Assembly (NCBI GenBank): GCA_965223845.1
Contig: CBDCXR010000004.1
Coordinates: forward strand, 2,656,001-2,720,000
Direction of reading: 5' to 3'
DNA from: Planctomycetota bacterium
GTDB taxonomy: Bacteria; Planctomycetota; UBA8108; SXIK01
Length of the DNA: 64,000 nucleotides
Positions 1 through 11,880 of this stretch are shown one piece after another. The notes below the pieces were generated by a model. It was not told the DNA's origin, ran no database searches, and was given only the letters and a program-made list of their open reading frames with translations. The first letter of the stretch is position 1, and each line of letters opens with the position of its first letter. Position numbers and translations under genes: made by a program.

Positions 1-2
1 TC

Positions 3-3000
3 TCCAGCCGGCCTGACTTCGCCGTTCTCTGCTACCCGGTCATTGATCTCGTCGGCCGTCCCGCACACCGCGGGTCGGCGCGAAATCTGCTCGGCAGCAA
101 TCCGCCGCGCGATCTACTCGAGACGATGTCCCTCCACACACAGGTGACGAAAGACACACCGCCGACGTTTCTCTTTCATACCGACGCCGACACCGGCGTC
201 CCGCCTGAAAACAGCATCCTCTTCTACACCGCCCTCCGCGCCGCGGGCGTCCCCGCCGAGCTCCACATTTACCGCGCCGGGCGACACGGCGTCGGCCTCA
301 ATCGCGATCCGTCGATACGCTCCTGGCCGACCGAGCTCGTGCTTTGGATGACGCACCTCGGCATTCTCGGCAAGGACGCCGGGCCCCAGTGGATCTGGCT
401 CGGCGAAGAGGCGCGCGACGAGACGGTCTACTTTCGCCGCATGATCGAGGTGAAGGGAGACGTGAAGAACGCCTCCGTCGCCGGATCGTGCGACAACGCG
501 ATGCGCGTCTTCGTGAACGGAACTCGCGTCCTCGAAAGCGAGACTTGGGAACAGCCGACTCGCGCGGACATCCGCGCGCAACTTCGCGATGGGCTCAATC
601 TCGTTGCGGTCGAGGCAAAGAATTCGGGCGGTCCGGCCGGCCTGCTTCTCGAACTCGCGATCGAAACGAGCGACGGAGAGAAGCTCGAGGTCGCGACCGA
701 TCGTCGTTGGTGGGCATCGAAGGAGCGTCAACGCGGATGGCGCTCACTCGAATTCGAACCCGAAAACTGGGCGGCGGCGACCGAGATCGCCGAGCTCGGC
801 GGCGGCGCCTGGGGAAACACCGTGAACGAAACGACCCTCGCCGACGCGCGTGCGCCGCGAACGCCGGCGGCGACCCCCGTCGATCGCATCGTCCTCGCCG
901 AGGGCTTCGAAGCCGAGCTGCTCTATTCGGTGCCGAAGAGTGCGCGCGGATCCTGGGTCGCGCTCGCCTCCGATCCAAAGGGCCGCATCATCGCGGCCGA
1001 TCAGTACGGCGCGATCTACCGCTTCGCACCTCCGAAGCGCGGTGAGACGCTGAGCGACGACGCCGTCGAGCAGATCGAAGTCGAGCTCACCGGCGCGCAC
1101 GGACTCCTCTACGCCTTCGACAGCCTCTACGTCGTCAAGAACGAGGGTCGCGGCGCGCACGGACTCTACCGCGTTCGCGACACCGACGGCGACGACCGCT
1201 TCGACAAGGTCGAACTGCTCCGTCAGATTCACGGGGGCGGAGAGCACGGCGGACATTCGGTCATCCTCAGCCCCGATGGCGAATCACTTTATGTCTGCGG
1301 GGGAAATCACTCCGAGATCCCGAACCCCGAGACCTCGCGCGTTCCGCGCGTTTGGGGCGAGGACCTCCTCCTTCCGCGCCAGTGGGACGCGACCGGTCAC
1401 GCGCGCGGACGACTCGCGCCCGGCGGTTGGATCGCGCGGACGGATCCCGACGGGAAGGCGTGGGAGCTCGTCTCGATTGGATACCGCAACGAGTTCGACA
1501 TCGCGTTCAGCCCCGAAGGTGAGCTCTTTACGTACGACGCAGACATGGAGTGGGACGTCGGTACGCCGTGGTATCGTCCGACGCGGATCAATCACGTGAC
1601 GAGCGGCTCTGAGTTCGGCTGGCGCTCGGGGACGGGCAAGTGGCCGGAGTACTACCCGGACAGCCTCGGCACGGTCGTCGACATCGGTCCGGGCTCCCCC
1701 ACCGGAATCGTGTTCGGCATCGGCGCAAACTTTCCCGAAAAGTACCAGCGCGCGCTTCTCATCTGCGATTGGTCGTACGGGAAGCTCTACGCCGTCCACC
1801 TCGAACCGGACGGGGGAACGTGGAAGGGAACCGCCGAGCAGTTCATGGCGGCGAGCCCCCTGCCTCTCACCGATCTCATCGTCAATCCGGTCGACGGCGC
1901 GCTCTACGTCGCGGTCGGAGGCCGGCGCACGCAATCCGGACTCTACCGCGTCACGCACTCGGGAAATCACCGCGCGCAAAAACTCGGTCCGCGACTCTCG
2001 CCGGAGGCGAAGCTGCGCCGCGAGCTCGAGTCACTCCATCGCCCGAAGCCGGGTGCCGTCTCGGCGGCGTGGCCGCATCTTTCTCACCCCGATCGCGCGG
2101 TGCGATTCGCGGCGCGCACGGCGATCGAGCACCAACCCGTGAGCGAGTGGCAAGCAGCGGCCCTGCGTGAGCGCAATCCGCGGGGATCGATCGAGGCGAT
2201 CATCGCCCTCGCTCGTCACGGCGAACCGGGACTCCTCGCGGCCGCGCTCTCGTCCCTGGACCTGACCTTCAAAGCGGCCTGGGAGCGACTCGGCGAACGA
2301 GATCGCCTCGCTCTCCTTCGCGCCTACCAGCTCGTGTTCATTCGATTGGGACGGCCCGACGCGGAGACCGCAGCGGCGATCGGTCGGCAGCTCGACCGGG
2401 TCTACCCAGCGGATTCGCACGACCTCAATCGCGAGCTGAGTCGCCTCCTCGTCTACCTCGAAGCGCCGGGAGTGGCGGCGAAGACTCTTCGTCTGCTGGC
2501 GGACGCACCGACGCAGGAGGAGCAGATCCACTACGCGCTCGTCCTCCGAAACCTCTCGAGCGGTTGGACGAACGCCCAGCGCCTCGGCTACCTCCGGTGG
2601 TTCCAAGGCGCGATGGGGTACCGCGGCGGTCACAGCTTTCTCGGCTTCCTGAAGAACATCCACACCGAAGCGGTCGCGAAGATTCCGGACGACCAAAAGG
2701 GCCGGTTTGGCGATCTCGTGAAACCGCTCGAGCCGCGAGACGAGATCGCCGAGCTGCCGAAGCCGAAGGGACCCGGGAAGGCCTGGACGCTCGACGAGCT
2801 GACGTCCCTCGCCGGAACGTCTCTCCGCGGGCGCGACTTCGAGAACGGCAAGGCGATGTTCGCCGCCGCGTACTGCTTCAGTTGCCACCGCTTCGGCGAC
2901 CGCGGCGGTTCCGTGGGTCCGGATCTCACGGGACTCGCCGGACGCTTCAGCGTGCGCGACGTCATCGAGGCGATCGTCGAGCCGAGTCGGGTCGTCTCCG

Positions 3001-3278
3001 ATCAGTACCGCTCGAGCGTGTTCGTCCTCGACGACGGGAGCACCATCACCGGTCGTGTCGTGAATCTCGCGGGCGACAGCATCATGGTGAACACGAACAT
3101 GCTCACCCCGGGACAGCACGAACGAGTGAACGCCAACCGCGTCGTCGAGGTCTCCGAGTCGGACGTCTCGATGATGCCCGCGGGGCTCCTCGAGAAGCTG
3201 AACCGGGATGAGGTGCTCGACCTTCTCGCGTATCTTCTTTCGCGGGGTGATCCGGATCACGCCTCCTTCCGGGATTAG
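3..3278 (+). CDS. 5'-truncated multidomain protein: alpha/beta-hydrolase C-terminal part + galactose-binding-like domain + beta-propeller + HEAT-like repeats + c-type cytochrome (PVC-type heme-binding protein)
   Basis: Frame is open from base 3 ([14 protein letters not shown]...), so the gene starts upstream of the window. [15 protein letters not shown]...[13 protein letters not shown] is an esterase Asp/His region. WIW...YFRR...[10 protein letters not shown]...[11 protein letters not shown] is a jelly-roll. [22 protein letters not shown] mark a sorbosone-dehydrogenase-like propeller. CFSCH...GPDLT...SMMP mark cytochrome c. Confidence 0.85.
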   Translation, partial: SSRPDFAVLCYPVIDLVGRPAHRGSARNLLGSNPPRDLLETMSLHTQVTKDTPPTFLFHTDADTGVPPENSILFYTALRAAGVPAELHIYRAGRHGVGLNRDPSIRSWPTELVLWMTHLGILGKDAGPQWIWLGEEARDETVYFRRMIEVKGDVKNASVAGSCDNAMRVFVNGTRVLESETWEQPTRADIRAQLRDGLNLVAVEAKNSGGPAGLLLELAIETSDGEKLEVATDRRWWASKERQRGWRSLEFEPENWAAATEIAELGGGAWGNTVNETTLADARAPRTPAATPVDRIVLAEGFEAELLYSVPKSARGSWVALASDPKGRIIAADQYGAIYRFAPPKRGETLSDDAVEQIEVELTGAHGLLYAFDSLYVVKNEGRGAHGLYRVRDTDGDDRFDKVELLRQIHGGGEHGGHSVILSPDGESLYVCGGNHSEIPNPETSRVPRVWGEDLLLPRQWDATGHARGRLAPGGWIARTDPDGKAWELVSIGYRNEFDIAFSPEGELFTYDADMEWDVGTPWYRPTRINHVTSGSEFGWRSGTGKWPEYYPDSLGTVVDIGPGSPTGIVFGIGANFPEKYQRALLICDWSYGKLYAVHLEPDGGTWKGTAEQFMAASPLPLTDLIVNPVDGALYVAVGGRRTQSGLYRVTHSGNHRAQKLGPRLSPEAKLRRELESLHRPKPGAVSAAWPHLSHPDRAVRFAARTAIEHQPVSEWQAAALRERNPRGSIEAIIALARHGEPGLLAAALSSLDLTFKAAWERLGERDRLALLRAYQLVFIRLGRPDAETAAAIGRQLDRVYPADSHDLNRELSRLLVYLEAPGVAAKTLRLLADAPTQEEQIHYALVLRNLSSGWTNAQRLGYLRWFQGAMGYRGGHSFLGFLKNIHTEAVAKIPDDQKGRFGDLVKPLEPRDEIAELPKPKGPGKAWTLDELTSLAGTSLRGRDFENGKAMFAAAYCFSCHRFGDRGGSVGPDLTGLAGRFSVRDVIEAIVEPSRVVSDQYRSSVFVLDDGSTITGRVVNLAGDSIMVNTNMLTPGQHERVNANRVVEVSESDVSMMPAGLLEKLNRDEVLDLLAYLLSRGDPDHASFRD

Positions 3279-3354
3279 GTCCTCGGGCGTGTTTGTGGTT
3301 TGATCTCGTTCTCGAATCTGAGCGCACCCAGGAAGCACCAAGAACCCAACCGCG

Positions 3355-5622
3355 ATGAACCTACGCACCGTTTTTTCCATCTTCACGGTACTCGCCGCCA
3401 CTTCGACCGCGTCCGCGCAAGGCACGAAGGACGACTATGATCGCGCCGCGGCACTTCGCGAGCGCTTCAGTGGGAAGGTCCTCAACGAACGCGTCCGTGT
3501 TCGCTGGACGAAGGACGGCGAGCGGCTCTGGTACCGGCGGGAGCTTCCGGATGGGAAGAGCGAGTACGTCTCGATCACGACCGCGAGCGGAGAGCGAACT
3601 TCCGCCTTCGACCACGCGAAGCTCGCGGAGGCGCTCGGACGGGTGACCGACTCCGAGATCGCCGCCGACCGACTGCCCATCGAACGCCTCAGGATCGCGG
3701 ACGATGGCAAGTCGGCAGCCTTTCACTATCGCCGTGGGTGGCGAGTCGATCTCGAGACGTACGCCATCGAAGAGTCCGAGAGCCCACCGGCCGATCCCCC
3801 TCGCGAGCGCCGACGCCGGGGGCAGGGTCGCCGCCGGTGGAACTCGCGAGCGCCGAAGGTCGACTCGCCCGACGGCAAGTGGACGGCATTCATTCGCGAG
3901 CACAATCTCGTTGTCCGAGCGAAGGAAAGCGACGACGAATTCGCCCTTACGGAAGATGGAACCGACGAGCACGACTACACGCCTCCGCTCGTCTGGTCCC
4001 CGGACTCGCGACGGCTCGTCGCACTGCGTCGGCGAGAAGCGGAGGAGCACATCGTCCACTTCGTCGAGTCCTCACCGGACGATCAAGTGCAGCCGAAGCT
4101 TCACTCGCACCAGTATCTGAAGCCGGGCGACCGCATCGCGACATCGGCACCGCAGCTCTTCGACGTCACCGAGCGGCGCCGGATTCCCGTCTCGGATGAG
4201 CTCTTCGCGAATCCCTGGCGAGTTCGCAATCTTCGCTGGCCGAGCGCGCAGCGGTTTACGTTCCTCTACAACCAGCGCGGTCATCAAGTGCTGCGCGTCG
4301 TCGCGGTCGACGCGGAGACGGGGGAAGCGGGCGCCGTCATCGATGAGACGAGCCCGACGTTCATCGACTACGCGCACAAAACCTTCGCCCACTATCTCGA
4401 CGACGCTCGTGAGATCATCTGGATGTCGGAGCGAGACGGGTGGAATCATCTCTATTTGATCGATTCCCGCACCGGCGCGGTGAAGAACCAGATCACCTCC
4501 GGCGAGTGGGTCGTCCGAGGTGTCGACCGCGTCGACGAGGAAAAGCGAGAGATCTGGTTCCGTGCCGGCGGGATCTACCCCGAGCAGGATCCCTACTACG
4601 TCCACTTTGCGCGGGTCCGGTTCGACGGTACGGGTCTCGTCATTCTCACCGAAGGAAACGGCACGCACGAAGTCGAGCCGAGTCCCGACGGACGATTCCT
4701 CGTCGACCGCTACTCGCGAGTCGATCGCCCGCCCGTCACCGAGCTCCGGCGAGCAGAGACCGGTGAGCTCGTCACCCGCATCGAGGAGGCGGACGCATCC
4801 GCACTCGCCGCCGCGGGCTGGCGTGCGCCCGAGCGCTTCGTCGCGACGGGACGGGACGGCAAGACGAAGATCTACGGAATCATCATCCGCCCGACGCGAT
4901 TCGATCCGACCGTGCGGTATCCCGTCATCGAGAGTATCTACGCCGGTCCGCACTCGGCGCACGTCCCGAAGAGCTTTCGGGCCTATTACCGCCAGCAAGC
5001 GCTCGCCGAACTCGGCTTCGTCGTCGTCCGCATCGACGGCATGGGGACGTCTCACCGCTCGAAGGCGTTTCACGACGTCTGCTGGCGCAATCTAAAAGAC
5101 GCCGGCTTCCCCGATCGCATTCTCTGGATGAAGGCGGTCGCCGAAAAGTATCCCGCGCTCGACCTAGATCGCGTCGGGATCTACGGCGGCTCGGCGGGAG
5201 GCCAAAACACGTTGAGCGCGCTCCTTCACCACGGCGACTTTTACAAGGTCGGCGTGAGCGACTGCGGCTGCCACGACAACCGAATGGATAAGATCTGGTG
5301 GAACGAGCTCTGGATGGGTTGGCCGGTCGGGCCGGAGTACGCCGACAACTCGAACGTGACTCACGCCGCGAAGCTAGAGGGGAAGCTCCTCCTCACCGTC
5401 GGCGAGCTCGACCGGAACGTCGATCCCGCATCGACGATGCAAGTCGTAGACGCGCTCATCCGCGCCGATAAGGACTTCGAAATGATCGTCTTTCCCGGTG
5501 CGGGTCACGGAGTCGGAGAGTCACCGTACGCCGTTCGGAAACGGCGCGATTTCTTCGTCCGCCACCTGCTCGGCGTCGAGCCGCGGAGGGGGCCCGCAAC
5601 CGCGCCGTCCGATTCGCAGTAG
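3355..5622 (+). CDS. Dipeptidyl-peptidase IV-like serine peptidase (S9B), secreted
   Basis: Signal peptide (ASA-Q), DPPIV N-terminal propeller ([19 protein letters not shown]), YAGP, and catalytic GGSAGG / ELDRNV / GAGHG. Confidence 0.92.
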   Translation: MNLRTVFSIFTVLAATSTASAQGTKDDYDRAAALRERFSGKVLNERVRVRWTKDGERLWYRRELPDGKSEYVSITTASGERTSAFDHAKLAEALGRVTDSEIAADRLPIERLRIADDGKSAAFHYRRGWRVDLETYAIEESESPPADPPRERRRRGQGRRRWNSRAPKVDSPDGKWTAFIREHNLVVRAKESDDEFALTEDGTDEHDYTPPLVWSPDSRRLVALRRREAEEHIVHFVESSPDDQVQPKLHSHQYLKPGDRIATSAPQLFDVTERRRIPVSDELFANPWRVRNLRWPSAQRFTFLYNQRGHQVLRVVAVDAETGEAGAVIDETSPTFIDYAHKTFAHYLDDAREIIWMSERDGWNHLYLIDSRTGAVKNQITSGEWVVRGVDRVDEEKREIWFRAGGIYPEQDPYYVHFARVRFDGTGLVILTEGNGTHEVEPSPDGRFLVDRYSRVDRPPVTELRRAETGELVTRIEEADASALAAAGWRAPERFVATGRDGKTKIYGIIIRPTRFDPTVRYPVIESIYAGPHSAHVPKSFRAYYRQQALAELGFVVVRIDGMGTSHRSKAFHDVCWRNLKDAGFPDRILWMKAVAEKYPALDLDRVGIYGGSAGGQNTLSALLHHGDFYKVGVSDCGCHDNRMDKIWWNELWMGWPVGPEYADNSNVTHAAKLEGKLLLTVGELDRNVDPASTMQVVDALIRADKDFEMIVFPGAGHGVGESPYAVRKRRDFFVRHLLGVEPRRGPATAPSDSQ

Positions 5623-5680
5623 CTGCGACCGTCAAGATCGGGGACCGCGGCACACGGGTGACCCGTCGGCGAACCGCCCC

Positions 5681-6043
5681 TTACTTGCGCGGCCGAGCCG
5701 CGTCATCGTCGATCGAACACGCCGGCGTACCAAAGATGATGAACTCGAGCGCGTCGCCCGGCTCCGCCACGAGTGAATGACGCTCTCCGCGCGGAATGAC
5801 CGCGACGGCCCCCGGGCGCAGCTCGTGCTCGGCACCCGCGACAAAGAGTCGGCCGCGCCCCGAAAGAACGTAGTACACCTCGTCGTACTCGGCGTGGTAG
5901 TGCTCGCTTCCTTCGGTCACGCGGACGACGTGGACGTTCGCCACGCCGCCGCGGCCGCCCGTTACGATGCGCGTCACGTCTCCGTATGGGCAGTCGACCG
6001 GATCGGTCTCATCTCGATAGCGAACAAGGCTCGAACGGGTCAC
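5681..6043 (-). CDS. Cupin domain protein
   Basis: HYHAEYDEVYYVLSGRG...IPRGERH cupin motifs. GTG start at 6043 preceded by GGAGA. Confidence 0.85.
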   Translation of the reverse strand: MTRSSLVRYRDETDPVDCPYGDVTRIVTGGRGGVANVHVVRVTEGSEHYHAEYDEVYYVLSGRGRLFVAGAEHELRPGAVAVIPRGERHSLVAEPGDALEFIIFGTPACSIDDDAARPRK

Positions 6044-6195
6044 GATGTCGTCTCCGGTGGCATGCGGTTTTCGCGGCCCGGCTCCGCGTTCCGATCGGAA
6101 CGGTGCGAGATCGGCCCGCGTTCGCCGCGCGACGGAACCGGGGCCTGTCCCACCCTTGTTCGTGCGCAGCCGCGCGGCTAAAGTTGATCTTGCTG

Positions 6196-8607
<2,412 letters not shown>

Positions 8608-8620
8608 CGCCGAAGGAATC

Positions 8621-10069
8621 ATGAACCACGATATCGCCGACTCGATTCTTCGCCGGACCTTCCTCGGGAGGACCGCCTGCGGCATCGGTGCCGCCGCGCT
8701 CGGTGGTTTGCTCGGCCCGAACTCGCTCGCGGCGGCTGGCGCGAGCGCGAAACGCGGCGCGCCCGACGGCGGAGCGCGAGCTCCGCTCCACCGCCACGCG
8801 CGCGCGAAGCGAGTGATCTTTCTCTGCATGGCCGGCGGCCCATCTCACCTCGAGACCTTCGACTACAAACCAAAACTGCGCGAGCTCGACGGTCAGCCGA
8901 TGCCCGAGTCGTATACGAAGGGGCAGCCGATCGCGCAGCTCCAGGGCCAGCAACTGCGCGTGCTCCGCCCCTTGATCGGATTTCGTCGCCACGGCGAATC
9001 CGGTCAGATGGTCAGCGACTTCCTCCCGCACATCGCCGAAGTCGCCGACGAGGTTTGTATCGTTCGCTCACTCCACACCGATCAGATCAACCACGACCCC
9101 GCACACACCGTGATGAACACGGGCACGTCGATCTCGGGTCGACCGAGCATGGGTTCGTGGATCACGTACGGTCTCGGCTCCGATTCGCAGAATCTACCGG
9201 GCTTCGTCGTCCTCACATCGGAAGGCGGACGCAACCCGCAGCCGATTTCGACGCGGCAGTGGCACCACGGGTTTCTCCCCGGACAGTTCCAGGGAACGGA
9301 GTTCCGCTCGGGCGGCGATCCCGTGCACTACGTCCGCCGCCCGGCCGGCGTATCAGCGCGAGATCAGCTCGACCTCGTTCGCGCCGTCAACTCTCTCAAC
9401 GGGATCCGAAACGAGGCGCTCGACGATCCCGAGATCGAAACGCGCATCCGCCAGTACGAGCTCGCGTTCCGCATGCAGACGAGCGTGCCGGAACTCATGA
9501 ATCTTTCGAGCGAGTCCTCGGCGACGCTCGAGATGTACGGGGCGACGAACGGGGCCGACGGGTCCTACGCGGCAAACTGCCTCCTCGCGCGGCGGCTCGC
9601 CGAGCGAGGCGTCCGGTTCATTCACCTCTACCACCGCGGGTGGGACCACCACGGCGATCTCGTCCCCTACATGAATACGTGCTGCGGACTCACCGACCGA
9701 CCCACCGCTGCGCTCCTCCGCGATCTCAAGCAGCGCGGCCTCCTCGACGACACACTCGTCATCTGGGGTGGCGAATTCGGACGCACGCCGATGTTTCAGG
9801 GGAAGGGCAAGCGCCCCGGTCGCGACCACCACATGCGCGCCTTCTCGATGTGGCTCGCGGGCGGAGGAATCCGCGGAGGGATCACTTACGGCGCGACGGA
9901 CGAGCTCGGCTACAACGTCGTCGAAGACACCGTACACATAAACGATCTCCACGCGACGATGCTCCACCTCCTCGGCATCGATCACGAGCGACTGACCTAC
10001 CGCTACCAAGGGCGCGACTTCCGGCTCACGGACGTCGGCGGCCGGGTGGTGCGCGAGATCTTGGTGTAG
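8621..10069 (+). CDS. DUF1501 family protein (Tat signal)
   Basis: RRTFL twin-arginine signal, AKRVIFLCMAGGPSHLETFDYKP, GWDHH, GEFGRTP, GRDHH. GAAGGA RBS, 13 nt after the upstream gene. Confidence 0.92.
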   Translation: MNHDIADSILRRTFLGRTACGIGAAALGGLLGPNSLAAAGASAKRGAPDGGARAPLHRHARAKRVIFLCMAGGPSHLETFDYKPKLRELDGQPMPESYTKGQPIAQLQGQQLRVLRPLIGFRRHGESGQMVSDFLPHIAEVADEVCIVRSLHTDQINHDPAHTVMNTGTSISGRPSMGSWITYGLGSDSQNLPGFVVLTSEGGRNPQPISTRQWHHGFLPGQFQGTEFRSGGDPVHYVRRPAGVSARDQLDLVRAVNSLNGIRNEALDDPEIETRIRQYELAFRMQTSVPELMNLSSESSATLEMYGATNGADGSYAANCLLARRLAERGVRFIHLYHRGWDHHGDLVPYMNTCCGLTDRPTAALLRDLKQRGLLDDTLVIWGGEFGRTPMFQGKGKRPGRDHHMRAFSMWLAGGGIRGGITYGATDELGYNVVEDTVHINDLHATMLHLLGIDHERLTYRYQGRDFRLTDVGGRVVREILV

Positions 10070-10106
10070 ATTCGACGCTAGCGCGTCGCCGCTCCCTCGT
10101 GCCGAC

Positions 10107-10343
10107 CTACTCGCCCGGCTGCCGAGCCCCCGCCGCGCACGCTGCAACCGCCGCGGCGAAGCTCACGATACCGATCGCCGCCATTCCAACTCCCCAGATG
10201 AGCGGCGCGCCTTCTCGGAACGCGTGAACGCTCCCAAGGGAGGTGAGCCCTGAAATACCCACCGCGAAGGCGCCGCCGATGAACCACGCGCGCCGGCTCA
10301 ACAGAGCGGCGATGAGGCACGTGACGATGAGCGCGATCGTCAC
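10107..10343 (-). CDS. Small hydrophobic membrane protein, hypothetical
   Basis: 78 aa, about 3 hydrophobic segments. Fills the gap downstream of the PQQ-like gene. No convincing RBS. Confidence 0.4.
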   Translation of the reverse strand: MTIALIVTCLIAALLSRRAWFIGGAFAVGISGLTSLGSVHAFREGAPLIWGVGMAAIGIVSFAAAVAACAAGARQPGE

Positions 10344-10399
10344 GACAACGATCGCGTAGGAGTAGATCGGAGCTGAGATTTCTCTACCTGAGCCGCCGC

Positions 10400-11653
10400 T
10401 CAGTCCCCCGCCGCGCTCTCAGCGCGGATGTCGTAGCAGTAAACGAGCTCCTGGTCGCGGAGATAAAGCCGTCCGTCCGAAACGACCGGGTGCGTCCAGA
10501 TGCGCCCGGCCGGCTTCCGAAGCTCGGTCTGCGGGGAGAGGCGGAAGCGACTGCGCCCCTTCCATCCTTCCGGCGTTGCTTCGACGAGGGCGACGTCTCC
10601 GTTTCGTTCGTCGACGCAGATCAGCATACCGTCGGCGTAGGTGAGACAGCCCTTTCCGAGACCCTTGTGATTCCAGACCATCTCGCCCGTGGCGAAGTTC
10701 TGACACACCCATCCCGGTCCGTCCGAATAGCCGTAGAGGTAGTCGCCCACGCGAATCACTCCACCGTGATGGTTCTTCATGACGCGGTTCGCGTAGATCT
10801 CCTCGACGCGGTTCTTCGGGCCGATCTCGACGAGCTTACAGCCGACGCCGTACCCCGAAGAGATGTACACGCGGTTCCCGTGGTTGATCGGGGTCGGAAT
10901 GACCGCGGTCCGCCCCGGCCAGTCGGACTGCCAGAGGACGCGTCCCGTCTTGGCCGAAACGCCGACGAGGGTTTCCATGGTGAGCTGCACGTACTGACGC
11001 TCGCCGTTCAGGTCGACGGCGATGATCGACGAGTACTGCGCGCCGTCGCGAAAACCCTTCGAGCGCCAGATCGGCTTTCCGGTTTGCTTGTGAAGAGCCG
11101 CGATCGCTCCGTTTCTGCCGCCGGGAGTGCAAACGACGCGATTGCCGTCGACGAGTACCGACTCCGTGTACCCCCAATGCGGGATCTTGCCGCCGAGTTT
11201 CTTGACGAGGTCGGCCGACCAGATCTTCTTTCCATCCTTCGCCCGGAGGCAGACGAGATTCCCGCGCGCACTGAGCGCGTAGACGAGGCCGTCGTCGACG
11301 GTCGGCGTGCCGCGCGGTCCGTCGCCCCAGTTGTTTTCGAGCCGCTCCCCGATCGGCTTCGCCCAGATCTCCGTGCCCGTCTTCGTATCGACCGCGATGG
11401 CATACTCGACGTCATTCCGAGCGCCCATCGTGTAGAGGCGGCCGCCGACGACGGCGAAGCCCGCATAGCCGATCCCCGCCTCGCGATAGAGCCAGAGACG
11501 GGTAGGTCCGTCCTCCGGCCAGGAGCGGAGGAGCCCGGTCTCGGCGGACCGGCCAGTGCGTTCAGGGCCGCGCCACTGCGGCCAATCCGCCGCGGAAACG
11601 GTCGCGGTGACGCTCGCGGAGACCAAAACCGCGAAAACGATGCCTCGGGTCAT
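10400..11653 (-). CDS. PQQ-binding-like (BamB-like) beta-propeller repeat protein, secreted
   Basis: Signal peptide then ADWPQWRGPERTG, repeated TG..IW blades, C-terminal WTHPVVSDGRLYLRD. Confidence 0.9.
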   Translation of the reverse strand: MTRGIVFAVLVSASVTATVSAADWPQWRGPERTGRSAETGLLRSWPEDGPTRLWLYREAGIGYAGFAVVGGRLYTMGARNDVEYAIAVDTKTGTEIWAKPIGERLENNWGDGPRGTPTVDDGLVYALSARGNLVCLRAKDGKKIWSADLVKKLGGKIPHWGYTESVLVDGNRVVCTPGGRNGAIAALHKQTGKPIWRSKGFRDGAQYSSIIAVDLNGERQYVQLTMETLVGVSAKTGRVLWQSDWPGRTAVIPTPINHGNRVYISSGYGVGCKLVEIGPKNRVEEIYANRVMKNHHGGVIRVGDYLYGYSDGPGWVCQNFATGEMVWNHKGLGKGCLTYADGMLICVDERNGDVALVEATPEGWKGRSRFRLSPQTELRKPAGRIWTHPVVSDGRLYLRDQELVYCYDIRAESAAGD

Positions 11654-11716
11654 TTTCGGTACCTGTCGGTTGTCAGAAGTGAGAGGAGAAACGGGAATGC
11701 ACGATCAGATGTCGAC

Positions 11717-11722
11717 ATTCTA
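11717..11722 (-). promoter_or_regulatory. Candidate sigma70 -10 box (TAGAAT) for the PQQ-like gene
   Basis: ATTCTA on the + strand, in an AT-richer divergent intergenic region about 65 nt upstream of the start at 11653. Confidence 0.35.
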
Positions 11723-11778
11723 ACCCCTCTACGAAGACCGAAACACTCTCGAGCGGAGAGCGGCCACCGAGGCTGAGC

Positions 11779-11808
11779 TTGGTCCTGTCGACCAGCGATT
11801 CTTATAAT
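11779..11808 (+). promoter_or_regulatory. Candidate sigma70 promoter TTGGTC-N18-TATAAT for the second DUF1549/DUF1501 cassette
   Basis: Perfect TATAAT at 11803-11808, weak -35 at 11779-11784. Confidence 0.45.
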
Positions 11809-11880
11809 GGCGCCGTCAACCGGGACGACGGACGCGCGGCCGCGGCGGCCGGCGGGCGTCCGCGTCGGAGACGACGCCTC

